From Squalus acanthias (lineage: Eukaryota): 64,000 bases of DNA. Under the pieces are notes generated by a model, which did not search any database, was not told the origin of the DNA, and was given only the letters and a program-made list of their open reading frames with translations. The stretch lies in the NCBI GenBank assembly GCA_030390025.1, contig CM059431.1, forward strand, positions 94,428,001 to 94,492,000, read 5' to 3'. Positions 62,853-64,000 of this stretch are shown in pieces (the stretch's first letter is position 1; the number at the start of each line of letters is the position of its first letter). Both the position numbers and the translations under genes were made by a program.

Positions 62853-64000
62853 GTGCAAGGACAGGGATAGGGAGGAGGGGAGGAAAGAAGCCCTGTGGAA
62901 TGCACATCCTGTGCCATGTGAGAAGTCCTGGATGCTTCTCATGGCCTGGACGACCACGCGTACGGGAAGTGTCGCCAACTGCAGCAACTCGAGCTCCGGG
63001 TTTCGAGGCTGAAAGTTACGTAGATAGCACGTTTTTGGAGGTGGTCACCTCGCAGCTTAAGAGTATGCAGACAGAGAGGGAATGGGTGACCGACAGACAG
63101 AAGAGGAGGACCAGGCAGGTAGTGCAGGATTCCCCTGAGTGCATCTCGCTTGCTAACCAGTATTCAGTTCTGGATACTGGTGAGGGCGATGGTTCCTCTG
63201 GGGAGTGCAGCCAGAGCCAAGTCCATGGCACCATGGGTGGCTCAGCTGCACAGATGGGGAGGAAGAAGAGCAATAGTGGTAGGGGATTCAATAGTTAGGA
63301 GAATAGACAGGCGTTTCTGCGGCCGCAGACGTGACTCCAGGATGGTATGTTGCCTTCCTGGTGCCAGGGTCAAGGATGTCACTGAACGGCTGCAGGACAT
63401 TCTGAGGGGGGAGGGTGAACAGCCAGAGGTCGTGATCCACATCGGTACCAACCACATAGGTAGAGAGGGCTGAGATCCTGCAGGCAGATTTTTGGGAGCT
63501 AGGAAACAGATTCAAAAGCAGGACCTCAAAGGTAGTAATCTCCGGATTACTCCCAGTGCCATGTGCTAGTGAGTACAGGAATAGGAGGATAGAACAGATG
63601 AATGCGTGGCTGGAGAGATGGTGCAGGAGGGAGGGTTTTAGATTCCTGAGGCATTGGGACCGTTTCTGGGGGAGGTGGGACCTGTACAAGCCGGACAGGT
63701 TGCACCTCAACAGGAACCAATATCCTCGCGGCAGGGTTTGCTAGTGCTGTTGGGGAGGGTTTAAACTAGCTTGGCAGGGGGATGGGAACCTGAGAGTGGA
63801 TTCAAAAGGGAGAGAAGCAAAGCTGGAAATGGAAGGCAGAAAATTAGTAAGCGAGTTTAGAAGGCAGAGGAAACAAGGGCTAGGAAATAGACAACAAGGG
63901 AGTTTGGCAGTGCTAAATGGTATATACTTCAACGCAAGGAATCTAGGGAATAAAGCAAATGAGCTGAAGGCATGTGGGATTATGATATTATAGCTATTAC
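62853..64000 (+). mobile_element. CR1 5' region: ORF1 (SGNH esterase) and start of ORF2
   Basis: IVVGDSIVR..CCLPGARVKD..VVIHIGTN; PDRLHLN; YFNARNL. Confidence 0.9.

Overview
Eukaryotic, repeat-saturated vertebrate DNA with no supportable host gene. The repeat mix (Deu-domain SINE, CR1/L2 LINEs with short tandem tails, hammerhead-bearing Penelope pLTRs, abundant Harbingers) suggests a cartilaginous fish; this is inference. Positions 1-~35.1 kb are three tandem copies of a ~9.02-kb unit (L2 LINE, unique DNA, DeuSINE, Penelope end, CR1 fragment). Copies A and B are near-identical and each carries two 893-bp Harbinger MITEs. Copy C instead carries two full-length Harbingers (one almost intact), a solo LTR and a third Harbinger with an ~870-bp GAG expansion. 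Positions 35-50 kb are CR1 LINEs riddled with Harbinger derivatives and Penelope ends. The most unusual object is 49989-61848, an 11.9-kb spuma/lokiretrovirus-like provirus (gag-PR-RT, RNaseH/IN deleted, env with Ig-like and paramyxovirus-F-like segments). Its 3' end is an INVERTED copy of its own 5' LTR-PBS-gag, yet it is flanked by a clean 4-bp TSD inside a continuous CR1, so it appears to have integrated with two U3 ends. All calls are by-eye pattern recognition, and percent identities are estimates.
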